From contig CAWGVG010000060.1 in NCBI GenBank assembly GCA_963825865.1, positions 160,001-224,000 of the forward strand: a stretch of DNA of 64,000 bases. The letters run 5' to 3'. The first letter of the stretch is position 1; every line of letters starts with the position of its first letter. Below are positions 45,506-57,050 of this stretch, one piece after another. This stretch comes from an uncultured Nitrososphaeraceae archaeon (GTDB lineage: Archaea; Thermoproteota; Nitrososphaeria; Nitrososphaerales; Nitrososphaeraceae). The notes under the pieces were generated by a model. It was given only the letters and a program-made list of their open reading frames with translations. It searched no databases and had not been told where the DNA came from. The position numbers and the translations under genes were made by a program.

Positions 45506-46144
45506 ATGGGTTTTCTGTCATGGGTACGCTCCAATGATAAGGAGATTATTGGCGTATTAGAAGAACAGGCTGCAATTTTAATTAAGGCAACATCAGCCTT
45601 GGTTGAATTTATGTCAAATTATAAAGTGGATGGCGAATCCAGATCCAAGATAATAAAGGATCTAGAGCACGAAGGGGATATAATTACCCACAAATTATTT
45701 ACAATCCTAGATAAAACCTTTGTAACTCCTCTGGATCCCGAAGATATATCCAGACTCACCAGTGCGATACATGAAGTGCTGGACGCTACTGAAGGAGTCG
45801 CCAATAGATTTGTGCTGTTTATGATGCGAGAGCCTACACCATACATGGTAGAACTTGCAAAACTATTACTTTCAGCTTCCCAAGAAGTTCAGCGGTTGGT
45901 AATGCGAATAAGAAGCTTAAAAAGCTCAAGTGACCTAATATATCATTGTAAAAATATAATAAACTATGAACATCGAGCAGATACCATCTATCGTACAGCC
46001 ATTGCAGAATTATTTAAAACAAACAATGCTATTGAAATAATAAAGTTAAAAGAAATTTATGAGACCCTCGAGGGTGCCCTTGATCGGTGTGCTGATGTTG
46101 CTGATGTTGCAGAAGACATTGCCCTAAAATATGGCAATGGGTGA
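45506..46144 (+). CDS. DUF47 (PhoU-like) phosphate transport regulator
   Basis: LEHEGD, TFVTPLD.EDI, KEIYE.LE...DRC.DVAD. Confidence 0.9.
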   Translation: MGFLSWVRSNDKEIIGVLEEQAAILIKATSALVEFMSNYKVDGESRSKIIKDLEHEGDIITHKLFTILDKTFVTPLDPEDISRLTSAIHEVLDATEGVANRFVLFMMREPTPYMVELAKLLLSASQEVQRLVMRIRSLKSSSDLIYHCKNIINYEHRADTIYRTAIAELFKTNNAIEIIKLKEIYETLEGALDRCADVADVAEDIALKYGNG

Positions 46145-46475
46145 GCAAATAAGCAAATGGTTTTTTAGTGTTGTTGTTGGATATGTCGTTCGTTATTGCT
46201 AACAGCTTGTCATGTTAAGATTTATTATTTATGTTAAATTTGTAAATATAACAGATAAATAATCGTATCCTGGAAAATTAACAATTGCCTTCAACTTTGG
46301 TTTCATATATCTGTTCATCATATCTTAATATGGAACATTAGTTGCACCACATACTTCATATAATCTTGCCTCTTTCATTTTATAAAGAAGGTAGCTTTCC
46401 TTTATTATACGTGCTGAGCTTTTATTTTTATAAAAGAGCATAATTTTTTTACCAGTTAATTCAACCTGATAATCA

Positions 46476-46952
46476 TTGTCATTGTGGTACTCAGCAGGTA
46501 TTGGTTTACTTGGTGGTATAATGGCCACTGTTCTCATGACTATGATAGAGACGCCCTTGTGGAAAAGATGGGGCCTTCACGGAGTGTTTGAATGGCATGA
46601 GAATCAGGTTATTACAATGCGTGTATTTCATCTTTCAGATAAAAGTAAGATTCACTTTAAGGGAATCTTTTTCTTTCATTTCCTCAATGGTGCTTTAGCA
46701 GGAATAGCTTTTCCATTTATTGCTTCACCCTTTACAATTGTTTTCCATTACATGATACCCTTGGGAGGCATATATGGTATTATACTATGGATTCTTACTC
46801 TTGGACCGATACATAAGCCAATAACTGGATTTTCACCATGGAATCATCCTTTGGGTAGCCTACCGACACTAGCAAGTCTTGGAGGACATGTATTGTATGG
46901 TATTGTACTTGGAATCGTAGTTTCTTCGTTGATGGGACAAAATGTTGTCTAA
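46476..46952 (+). CDS. Membrane protein with conserved His
   Basis: Four TM segments, FEWHEN, HF.NG, GH.LYG. Confidence 0.75.
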   Translation: MSLWYSAGIGLLGGIMATVLMTMIETPLWKRWGLHGVFEWHENQVITMRVFHLSDKSKIHFKGIFFFHFLNGALAGIAFPFIASPFTIVFHYMIPLGGIYGIILWILTLGPIHKPITGFSPWNHPLGSLPTLASLGGHVLYGIVLGIVVSSLMGQNVV

Positions 46953-47232
46953 TGTCAACCAATTTCTTTGATCATTAGTTATCGGTTGATATAGTTTCTG
47001 AAATTTCAATTACAATTTATTAAATCAATGCGTTTCAAAAATAGTTGATATATCATTGTTGTTTTTTCTGCTGTTAACTATTACGTTTTTTTATTAATAT
47101 GTAGTCCGGCCTATATAGAATACCCATCTTGAGTATATTATCGCTTTCGATAAAAATTATGATCGTATTATGGTAGAGATGAGTTTTGAGTCATAAATTA
47201 AAACTTACCAATAGATAGTTACAAGAGACCAT

Positions 47233-47451
47233 CTAAGGTAAGGATCTGCAGAATGAGCTGGCTCTTTGTTGTTCCACCCTTACCCAACCCTTACCATCAC
47301 AACAATTGCATCTTTCTTCACTTCGTCGTGGCAGTGAAATACAGAAAGAATTTAGACAATCATTACTGTTATTACTGTTATCTTCTTTACACTGTACAGA
47401 GCCTGATCCATGGCACACATGACACTTTACAACATCACTAAATAAGGTCAA
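47233..47451 (-). CDS. Small DnaJ-type CxxCxGxG zinc-finger protein
   Basis: CHVCHGSG and CNCCDGKG. Confidence 0.65.
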   Translation of the reverse strand: MTLFSDVVKCHVCHGSGSVQCKEDNSNNSNDCLNSFCISLPRRSEERCNCCDGKGWVRVEQQRASSFCRSLP

Positions 47452-47470
47452 TGGAATAGCTGATCTCCTA

Positions 47471-47656
47471 TCAAAAACGTTCCTCGGTTTTTGATACCTT
47501 TAATGGATCTGGAATTTTAATTATATCACTATTTTTTCTGTGAATTGTATTTAAAAGCTCACATTCACAATCACTATTTATCCTAACATATCTTCCACAA
47601 TTCGCACACAAGACATACTGGGGATCGTATTCCTTTGCATAGAGAGCAATTATCAT
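47471..47656 (-). CDS. Small Cys/His protein
   Basis: CANC...C.C.....H; co-oriented with the previous gene. Confidence 0.5.
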   Translation of the reverse strand: MIIALYAKEYDPQYVLCANCGRYVRINSDCECELLNTIHRKNSDIIKIPDPLKVSKTEERF

Positions 47657-48117
47657 AATATTATATTTACTCTGAAATATATAAAATTTACTTATTATCC
47701 TATTTAATCGAAATTTACTTATTAAAGTTAATTGTTTGTTTAATATTTATATGTATTTTAATACAAATGTAAGGATTCTACAAATATGATAAAATGGATT
47801 CTGCTTTAATCATTGTTTATTTAATTTTGGAAAGGACAATAATTTAATTAGTTCTGGATAATTCTCATTGTCGACCGGAACATTATGTTCCTAATAGAAT
47901 CGTGGCAGCCAGGAGCTTTAACCAAAGTGGCGTTGAATGTTTTATTTAATCAATATCTACAAACTAAGGATACACAGCTTCAGCAGAATGGCATTATGTT
48001 ACATCATTCTATCTAACATTCAAAGACTAAACGTGCAAGAAAAGTAGCGATACCGGTCAAAAGAGAGGAGGAGAAGAAGAAGGAGCACTTAGATATCGTA
48101 AAGTACGATATTGAATG

Positions 48118-48501
48118 TTATTCTCTTATACCTTCAAGGTTTGATACAACCTGCCATAGCATCGTTCTAATATGCGATTTCATTGCCTTGTCTTGTGTCA
48201 GTCTATCTAGCATGCTAACGGCATTTGCCGCTCTTACAGATAAGCTAAATTTTTGCTCTTTATCTTTCAATAAAACAAGTAATTCATTTATACTACCTTT
48301 TATACTTCTATTAACTTCACGATAATGATTTCGATTTATATTTTCAAGTGTCACTATTGCAGCATTTAAATTTTCGTGGTTAGTCTTATTCTGTAATAGT
48401 TCTTTTTCTTTCTTTGTTGTTCTCTTATGGGGTGTGCCAGCTATTGGTGTTGTTTTTTCTATGTCTGTCATAGTGAACTTTTCATTATATGTGCATGCCA
48501 T
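48118..48501 (-). CDS. UPF0147-family protein (divergent)
   Basis: SVRAANAVSMLD..TQD..M.SH.RT.LWQVVS.LE.IRE. Confidence 0.8.
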   Translation of the reverse strand: MACTYNEKFTMTDIEKTTPIAGTPHKRTTKKEKELLQNKTNHENLNAAIVTLENINRNHYREVNRSIKGSINELLVLLKDKEQKFSLSVRAANAVSMLDRLTQDKAMKSHIRTMLWQVVSNLEGIRE

Positions 48502-49749
48502 TATAAATTAATATGTTCATAGTGAATTATGAAATATAAATGATATTTGGACTACAAAATCTGGAAAAAGGGAAACAGGTTGGTGGAATGTCGGAGCAGA
48601 TTTGACTCATATTTACCACGTAAAAGAGCATTTTTCATAAATCAAAAGATGATGATCATCATTATTATTAGCTCCAACAAAGATATTTTTGCGGTACTTT
48701 TGTAAACATCTACTGCTTGTAACATTTCCAATGTTCATATTGTTTTACCCCGCCTCCTCCTGCTTTATCAACTTCTATCATATCTTTACAATATCTGCAC
48801 CGAATGGGAGCCTTTTCAATACTCTCCTGTTTTCTGTTCATTTTTATTATATTTATGTACATATGTTTCTAATATTTTTATAACACAACGATTAGCCATC
48901 AATATGATTGGTACTTTCTTTAGAAGTCTATCAATTGAAATAGCGATTAATACTTCGGATTCTTTTTTCTATTGTTGTCACTAAATGCCAAAAACTCAAT
49001 TCTATCATATCATCTAGGCTACTGTATTCATATACTGTTGATGTTTGTCTATTGCAGTTTTTGTTTTTATGGTATTTTGTAATTTGTAGTTTTTCTTTCA
49101 TTTTTTGTTTCAAACCTCAAGTCCTTCATGAAAAACAGTAAGATTTTTTTCTCTTCAATCAAAAGAGTAAGACTTTCTCTCGAAGAAATTATCTACGTAA
49201 AAAGTTTAATCAGGATTGAAAGTGATTCTATGCAATAAATTCATCAGCTTGTAAACCATATGTGATGAGTATCACAAGTACAACAAACCTGAAGCAACAA
49301 CAACTAAAAAACAACAAATAGCAGGTAAAAAGAATATAAAACAACTATTCATAGCGCAGTGTGAAAATTGTTATTGACAATTTGAACTACTGTATATGAT
49401 TATTTAATTTGAAAAATGTGTTAGTCACTCTATGCTCCTGACTTAAATAGTGCCCTTCCTGAAACAACAATTAGTAAATTAAAGTCTGGAGAATAAAACT
49501 AATATTTTATTACGAAGAATAAAAAGAATAGAAACATGGGATTAATTGAATTTTTATTCTACCCAACTATGATTATGAAGTGAACAGATGTTCTATATCT
49601 CATCAAGTATGAGGGCTAATAGTAGACACAGCTATCATTATGAAACGCTTTGCTAATCATAATCTCTTTATATAAATCATAAGGGATTTTTATTAAATTA
49701 GAATAGTAAGTTACAAGATTGCTATAGATGTAGGAAACCTGATATTGGT

Positions 49750-50031
49750 ATGAGAGATAGAGACAAACTGAATTAATTGCATCTATTCTAAAAGCCACCA
49801 ATGAAAGAAATGTAAATGCGAGCACAAATAATGTATAAGGCATTTTTATCATATACCCGGATGAAACAATATGTATCAATATTAGTTGATGCGGGCTTAA
49901 TAAAATATCAAGAAGGAAATCGAAGAGCTTATAGAATAACTGACATTGGAATGAGGTTTTTACATTTACACAATCAGCTTGGTGAATTGCTTACCAATCC
50001 TTCCCACTCAAAAACAGTTATTATACACTAA
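49750..50031 (+). CDS. Winged-helix transcriptional regulator (frameshift near 49815)
   Basis: R..TELIASIL..., IMYKAFLSY..MK.Y...L...GLI.Y......Y.IT..G..FL. Confidence 0.85.
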
Positions 50032-50081
50032 TAGTTATGAAAGAGTAAAAATCAGAGAATCAGCATATTTTGATTCTTGTT

Positions 50082-50478
50082 CTACACCTTGGCAACACAC
50101 CTAATCTCGATCATGAGCTCCGGGAACGCAAGACGCTGAATTTGCACGATGGTGCTTGCCACAACTGGGATGCCGAAAAAGACCTCCTGCCTGCATTTGA
50201 CTGCCGCGGCGAAGGCCGCCTCCATATCCGTCACGAAGAGTATCTCATCGGCTATGTTATCCATCGTTGCCCCATACTGTGCGAGCACCTTCCGGATGTT
50301 GGCATATGCCTGGCGCATCTGTGCCTCCATATCTCCGAGACCGATGATACTGCCACCTGTCGTCATGACTCACCTGCCCAGATAGATAGATGGTGTCCCC
50401 AACTTTCACCGCCTGGGCGTAACCGTACTCTTTCTCCCAAGGCATACCAAAGCTCTTAGTTTCCTTGTCGATTGTCAT
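50082..50478 (-). CDS. RidA/YjgF-family protein, bacterial-type and GC-rich (one frameshift)
   Basis: WEKEYGYAQAVKVGDTIYLSGQV...QMRQAYANI...LAFPELMIEI; Shine-Dalgarno AAGGGAG. Confidence 0.9.
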
Positions 50479-50510
50479 AATGTGTCTCCCTTAATGTTAA
50501 TTGTGAAACT

Positions 50511-50569
50511 TCCTAACGCATAAGCTAACCAGCGCGAATAGCGCATCCGAGTTGAGTTCCATGTTAGGC
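50511..50569 (-). mobile_element. attC: Integron attC site (59-base element)
   Basis: Minus strand GCCTAAC-N5-ACTCAACT-N19-GGTTAGC-N6-GTTAGGA = R''/L''/L'/R' with an extrahelical base and central hairpin. Confidence 0.85.
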
Positions 50570-50994
50570 ATATCCAAAATCCTTGGGTCTAGGTGCAGCA
50601 CCCATCATGTTTTTTTATGGAGTTAGTTAATAATAAAGTTATTTGACAAACTTTATACTATATCTAATTAATACTGCCACATTTCTATAACTAACTGTTC
50701 GTGGTATATATAAACAAATTGAGTAAACGTGGTCATATACGTTGGATCAACAAGATAAGAGAAAATTAAAAATAATAATGGCTATAATAGCTGCGAGTGT
50801 AATGGCAAGAATATTAATATTTTATATAATTTCTAAATAGATAGCCTCCTGTTCGTCTCTAGCAAATAAAGGTATTGACCTCTCCTATATACGACCAGAA
50901 TGCTTCTCTTAGATCTGTGGTAACCTATTGAATTTCTACAATTCATACAATAGAGTTTAAACCTAGTAGTGAGCTCTCAAAGTGTCATCGTTCT

Positions 50995-51213
50995 ATGGAC
51001 AATCTAGTTGCAGCTTTCGTTACGTTAGTGATAATGTTGTTTGTGGGAATGGGAATTCTGATGGTTGGACCTGCTAACGTTCCTGTTATTACATCACATG
51101 CTGGATTATTTGCAGTAGTTATGACTTTAGCATCTGCCTTTCTGGTTATAGGTTTGGTTGGACTTACAGCGATAGGATTTATTATAGTTTCAAAGGAAAA
51201 GGAAAAGAAATGA
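50995..51213 (+). CDS. Small two-TM membrane protein
   Basis: Hydrophobic 72 aa with basic tail. Confidence 0.65.
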   Translation: MDNLVAAFVTLVIMLFVGMGILMVGPANVPVITSHAGLFAVVMTLASAFLVIGLVGLTAIGFIIVSKEKEKK

Positions 51214-51665
51214 CCGATTGAAGGTTATGTATATTGCATCGTGATGAGGCTAGTCTAATTCTTTTCCTCATAGCATGTTCTTTGATAGTTTGAACGGTTA
51301 GTGACAATACACTAGAGATGTGTCAGACGTATTCAAAAATCTATTTGCACCTGTTCCAAACTTATTGAGTAAAATATCAAGAACTCACTTTAATTGTTAG
51401 AGTTACTGCAGAGATTTTTTATACTTTTATAGTCCGATGCATTATCCCAAAAGTAGATCGATATTATATTATCTTGAGGAGCTTCAGTTTACCGATGCCT
51501 TCAAACAACAAACATGCAAACTAAGTGACACTATTCGAGAAAACAGTTTATTCCCCTCAGGAGATATGACCCCTTTTAATCTTTGAGTATTTTATATGGT
51601 ATAAGCATACTTGGAAATAGTTGGATCACCTAGATATATTGTAGGGATGTACTGAGCAATTTACT

Positions 51666-51884
51666 TCATGTTCTACTACGTATATTTTCTTCTATTCTAT
51701 ACAAAGCTGTGCCGATATAATCATCAGTAATTAATGATGGTATATCAATACAACATGTTTTGGGAAGTAGTGAGTTAATTTTGTATAGAATTTGAACCTT
51801 CTTATCTATATCTAACTCATTATAGCAATCTTCAACTAGTTTTGAGATCATAGCATGGTTGTGTATTGTTGTAGCCGTAGTCAA
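51666..51884 (-). CDS. Small hypothetical protein
   Basis: L.KINSLLP.....IPSLITDDYI..AL..IEE. Confidence 0.6.
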   Translation of the reverse strand: MTTATTIHNHAMISKLVEDCYNELDIDKKVQILYKINSLLPKTCCIDIPSLITDDYIGTALYRIEENIRSRT

Positions 51885-52199
51885 TTTGTTACTATCGACT
51901 CCTGATCCTTAGCAAATGTTTATTTTACATGTTTCGCATTTATCTGTTATAGACCTTCTATCCGGTGAAAATTCAGCTTCCATTTTCATATGTGCAAAAA
52001 GTAGGCCATATTGCATACATTGGCGAATATGTAAAATTACGTGATTTCTTATGCTCTTGATAGTAGATAATCTTATGTTCATATCTATGTATTGCTTATA
52101 AAATATAAAAAGAGTTGCATACTAATGTATATGCTTAACTACTTCTTATGTATATACTTATATATTTCTATATTTTAAGGGTATATGTAGCAATTCAAT

Positions 52200-52394
52200 A
52201 TGACCTCCCAGACTAAAACAAAATTATATAAAGTTGAGTCTAAATCGGCAAAAACAGGAGTAAAAACTTATAGACATTCGATATTTTTAGAAAAGGCTTT
52301 TGTAGAGGATAGTTTATTTCCTTTCAAACCTGGTGAAAATTTGATGGTAAGGATAGATAAAGATAGACTAATTGTTACAAAGCTCAAAGATTAA
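52200..52394 (+). CDS. Small AbrB-like DNA-binding protein
   Basis: I.L....V.DS.FPFK.GE.L.V.I....LIV.K. Confidence 0.7.
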   Translation: MTSQTKTKLYKVESKSAKTGVKTYRHSIFLEKAFVEDSLFPFKPGENLMVRIDKDRLIVTKLKD

Positions 52395-53201
52395 ATGGGT
52401 TATATCCTTTATTAAATGAGCTCATCGGATACTTAACGATCGAATGCTATGCGTTACTTTTTCATAAATCAAAGTCAATTGATGAAGTTAATTGAGCACC
52501 CAATATCTTTCGTTTACCCCATCTGCTTTGATATTTAATTCAATAGCTGCTTGAACCTTCTGAAACGAATTTGAAAGCTTGACTTCGGCGAGGTTTCATG
52601 AATATTGTAAATGCAGATAGTCTAGAATAAGTTCGATAAAAAAGCAAAATATCAAAACAACCGAACCCCTTTACATGCGAGACTTAATCCAGCGTATAAC
52701 AGTACAGCTAATAGGATATTTTGAAGTCATTGTAACCTTCCTTTTCTATATTAAAAGAATGCTTCATTTATCAAAGAAGGGTTGCAAGCCAACAATAAGG
52801 AGACTTTTCGCCATTTTTTAGCTACCAGAACAATACGAACATTCGCGTATAGTTTTTTGAGCGTAATTCTTGCAATTTATCTGAAACTAATTGAATTTAC
52901 CGATCTGTATATTTGGCTTTGATGTCATTATCAGGAGCAATATTTTTGTAACAAGTAGCTACATAGCATTAATAATATTTGCCGTCATTGGAACAATTAA
53001 TGTAACTGGAGCTGAAAATGGCTCTTCTTTCAATAGAACAGGCAATACCATCCCAAACAATCAATTATACCAAAAAAAAGTGCGATGCTATTTGTTACTA
53101 TTTCTTACAAAAATCACAAAATGACTCGATAGCATTCAGTTAAGGTAATCAAAGAGCAACTAGTATTATATATTTTGTAACACTAAAGTGAGAGCCTAGA
53201 G

Positions 53202-54530
53202 ATGACAACAACTACTAAAACCACATCATTTCAACAGTTAGGACTAAGCGCAGAATTAATTAAAGCATTAAAAACAAATGGATTTGAAGAGCCTTTTCCT
53301 ATTCAAGAGGCAGCTATACCATTGGTTTTAAAAGGTGTAGATGTAATAGGTCAGGCACACACAGGCACTGGCAAGACAGCAGCTTTTGCACTACCAATAT
53401 TGAATAAGATCAAACGTAATGGTCCGATACAAGCACTGATACTTGTTCCGACAAGAGAACTGGCGGTACAAGTTACAACTGAAATTAATAAATTTGCAAG
53501 ATATACGGGAATAAGAACTCTTAGCATATACGGTGGACAAAATATTGGCCTTCAATATAAGCAGTTAAGAAGAGGCATACAAATAATAGTTGCAACCCCC
53601 GGTAGATTGATTGATCATGTAAAACAGCATTCAATTCATCTTGACAATGTAAAGTATGTGGTACTTGACGAGGCAGATAGGATGCTCGATATGGGCTTTA
53701 TTGATGATATAAAGTTCATATTATATTACATAAATAAAGATAGACAAACATGTCTGTTTTCTGCAACTATGCCAGCTGAGATTTTGAGACTAGCACAGGA
53801 ATACATGCATGATGCTAAAGAAGTAAGACTTAATGAAGAAGAATTGAGTCTTGATACTATAGAGCAATCTTATCTTGTTATTCAGGAAAAAGATAAATTC
53901 AAACATCTTTGTAATTTCATTAAGGGGAGAGATAAAAAACAAACAATTGTTTTTGCTGCTACCAAACAAAGGACACGAAGGCTTGTAGACGAACTAAATC
54001 AAGAGGGTTTTGAAGCAATCTCAATTCATGGCGACCTTTCTCAAAGGGAGAGAGACAATGCAATGTATCGATTCAAAAATGGAAGGGAAGACATTCTTGT
54101 AGCTACTGATATTGCAGCAAGGGGCATTGATGTTCCAGCAGTAGGTCATGTAATCAATTATGATGTTCCAGCGGAACCGTTGATGTACTTTCATCGAATT
54201 GGAAGAACTGCTCGAGCTGGTGCCCCAGGTAAAGCCATATCGTTAGTATCACAAGATAGGGTTGATGACTTTGGTCGAATTTTGAAGAGAACAAAACAAA
54301 CAATAAAGAGACTCAATGAAGAGATGGGGATTACGGTTCCTGTTTTCCAACAGCGCCCGTATGACAGATATCAACGAAGAAGCAGTTATTGGCATAAAAG
54401 TCGTGGCCATGGAAGTAAAGGTCATGGAGGATATAATAGTAGTAGAAATAAACGGAGACATACGGAACAACGAGATGATAAGCGCTACAGTAGATATGGT
54501 GGCAGAGAATCGAGCAAAAGATATCGCTAA
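53202..54530 (+). CDS. DEAD-box ATP-dependent RNA helicase
   Basis: AHTGTGKT, PTRELA, DEAD, SAT, ARGID, HRIGRTAR; basic tail. Confidence 0.97.
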   Translation: MTTTTKTTSFQQLGLSAELIKALKTNGFEEPFPIQEAAIPLVLKGVDVIGQAHTGTGKTAAFALPILNKIKRNGPIQALILVPTRELAVQVTTEINKFARYTGIRTLSIYGGQNIGLQYKQLRRGIQIIVATPGRLIDHVKQHSIHLDNVKYVVLDEADRMLDMGFIDDIKFILYYINKDRQTCLFSATMPAEILRLAQEYMHDAKEVRLNEEELSLDTIEQSYLVIQEKDKFKHLCNFIKGRDKKQTIVFAATKQRTRRLVDELNQEGFEAISIHGDLSQRERDNAMYRFKNGREDILVATDIAARGIDVPAVGHVINYDVPAEPLMYFHRIGRTARAGAPGKAISLVSQDRVDDFGRILKRTKQTIKRLNEEMGITVPVFQQRPYDRYQRRSSYWHKSRGHGSKGHGGYNSSRNKRRHTEQRDDKRYSRYGGRESSKRYR

Positions 54531-54897
54531 TTGAAGAGATAAAATCAGAAGATATCAGACTAATAGCGGCAGCTCCTATTCCCATTTTCGCAATAGCAAT
54601 ACCAAGAATGTATACAATATTGTCAAATCAACTTGTATGCATTAATAATTCTTACCTGCCTTCCGTTGCTTATCGAATTCAGATAGAGATGCTTATCTTA
54701 GAAGTTCTTTCCCAGAAAATGCAGTCGTAGCAGAATTGCATCGAGAATAATGTTGTTGATGACACCTAAAAGAGCAAGGCAGTACCGACTGAGAAGTTGC
54801 TATGTACTATCTGCGCAAATATTTTTTTAATTCCACAATAAAGAAATATAAGAAGTTGATTATTTTGTGCAACATGCTTCAAAGATATATGCTCGTC

Positions 54898-55396
54898 TTA
54901 TACGTTTTCTCTGGCCAATTTTATACATTCTTGTAGATGTTCTTTTTCCTCCTTTAAAATTGATTTTACTTTATTTTTAAATTCTGAATCTTTTACATCA
55001 TTTACCATTGCATCTAAGACTTCATAGTGAGCAACTTCTCCACCTTCTGCGATACATAGGGTACTCTAATGCTTCTGATGTGTCGGCATCATTGCCAAGA
55101 TATGTACTCATCATTTTTGAAGCCTTTTGTTCAGTTTCAGCTGCGATACTCTTAACATTTTCAAAATCTAAGTTCTGTTCATCTGATGATTTTGATAGTC
55201 TCTCACATAATTCTTCAATCTGAGTTAAATTACGTCTGGTGGTTTTGAGCTTCTTTCTTTATCTCTTGTACTTGCTGCTTGATATCTGATTTATCTAATA
55301 ATTCATTTGAAACAAGTTGTTCCACTGCTTTTTGAGAGCCATTTCTAAACCCAGAACTTCGCCTATCTTTTCTTCAATCATTTCACTGTCTGTCAT
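54898..55396 (-). CDS. Ferritin-like four-helix protein (several frameshifts; not in ORF track)
   Basis: Joined frames: KIGEVLGLEMA..EAQNH..MSTYLG.D.D..EALE..EGGEVAHYEVL..EEKEHL. Confidence 0.65.
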
Positions 55397-55867
55397 AATA
55401 ATTCTGTCTCTATCTCTAGACTCATATTGCTAATAAGCGTAACAAATCAACAATATTTGTCATCTTTTTAATATTTTCTTGTACTTATGTCCTTTTGTCC
55501 TTTTATTATAACAATCAGCGTAGAAGATTGTGTCTGCTGAGGAGGAAATTAGGTATTAGTAGCAATAGATGAAACAACATTACAAACTTGGAAAATGAAA
55601 GAAATATAACGGGAATTAAAAATAAAAAATGAATACCTTAAGATAACAACTCAACGTCTTATATCAGACAAGCAATTAAAAGTTCTTAACAATATGCAAA
55701 AAGAGTTTACCAATATGAAATGAAGACTCCTATTTAAGCAATCATAGGATATGCATTGTTAAAAGAAGAAGAATCAAAGGCTATTTTCTCATAATCATAA
55801 AAATGGTTTTTACATCGTTGTCCTTTTAATAACATACATACTGTAACTTTTAAGAACGAAGCCACAT

Positions 55868-56491
55868 ATGACAATATCAATAGACAAATCCATAGAAAAA
55901 GAAAAAGAAAACACAATTCAAGCACAAAGAAGACCATCAACATCCAAGAAGCATTAATCCTAAACAGACGGTCTTCCAGGTCTATGACAGGAGAAGAATT
56001 AGATGAGGATACTATAATGAGTCTTTTTGAAGCTGCAAGGTGGGCACCAACATCCTACAACAATCAACCATGGAGATTTATCTATGCCAAGAGAAATACT
56101 GAGAATTGGAATAAACTTTTCAATTTGCTAGCAGAACCCAACAAAGTGTGGACAAAAAATGCTGCTTTGTTGGTTGTAGTAGTATCAAGGAAAAATTCCG
56201 AATACAATGAGAAATACTCTATAACACATAAATTTGATGCTGGAGCTGCTTGGGAGAATATAGCTTTAGAAGCGTCATCAAGAGGATTGGTAGCACACGG
56301 AATGCAAGGATTTGATTATGAGAAAGCAAGAGTAGATTTGGAAATCCCAGATAACTTTGATGAAATGGCTATGATTGCAATAGGAAAGAAAGGACCAAAA
56401 GAAAATCTCCTAACAATTGCAAAATAAAGAATTTCCTAACGATAGAAAATCATTGAATGAAATAGTGATGGAAGGCACATTTAGAAAATGA
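55868..56491 (+). CDS. Nitroreductase family protein (frameshifts)
   Basis: RRSSRSM, EAARWAP.SYN.QPWRF, HGMQGFD. Confidence 0.9.
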
Positions 56492-57050
56492 AGTTTTAAT
56501 GCCTTTTTTCATATATCTGGTTTAACTTTTTATTCCTACTTTAAAAGCAGGTTCGCCTCTAATAACAGATTTTACTCCTTTGGAATGTTTTGGTAAATCC
56601 ATGCTTTGTGCAAAATCAGGATCTATAGTATTCCAGAAAGTAAGCAAATCCTAACATAACAAGGGGATGATAATTATTATCACTATTATTATTTTTAATG
56701 TTACTAGCAATTATTCTTGGTAATGCTTGAGGATAAACAGTACCATTTGCTTCTCTTATCTGAAGATTTTCCATAGAAGATACGCACGACAGATATTGCG
56801 GATCAGAATCTATTGAGAGCATAATTTTGCAATATCATCAGCACCAACCCTTCCGCCCGAATGCATTAATCAAAAAAATTCATCGACAACACCTCTTTTG
56901 GATTTGAAACATTGAACGAGAGTAATCAGATAGATAGATCAAGATAAAATGCGGATATTTGATTTTAACAGCTGATTTTTCTATCACTGAGTATAATAGG
57001 TGTGTTTACCAAGTCTTATAAATTAACAAAATATATTTTATTTCTAAACA

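Noticed and set aside
50070-50459. Plus-strand ORFs of 129 aa and 78 aa
   Set aside because: Antisense shadows of the GC-rich RidA gene
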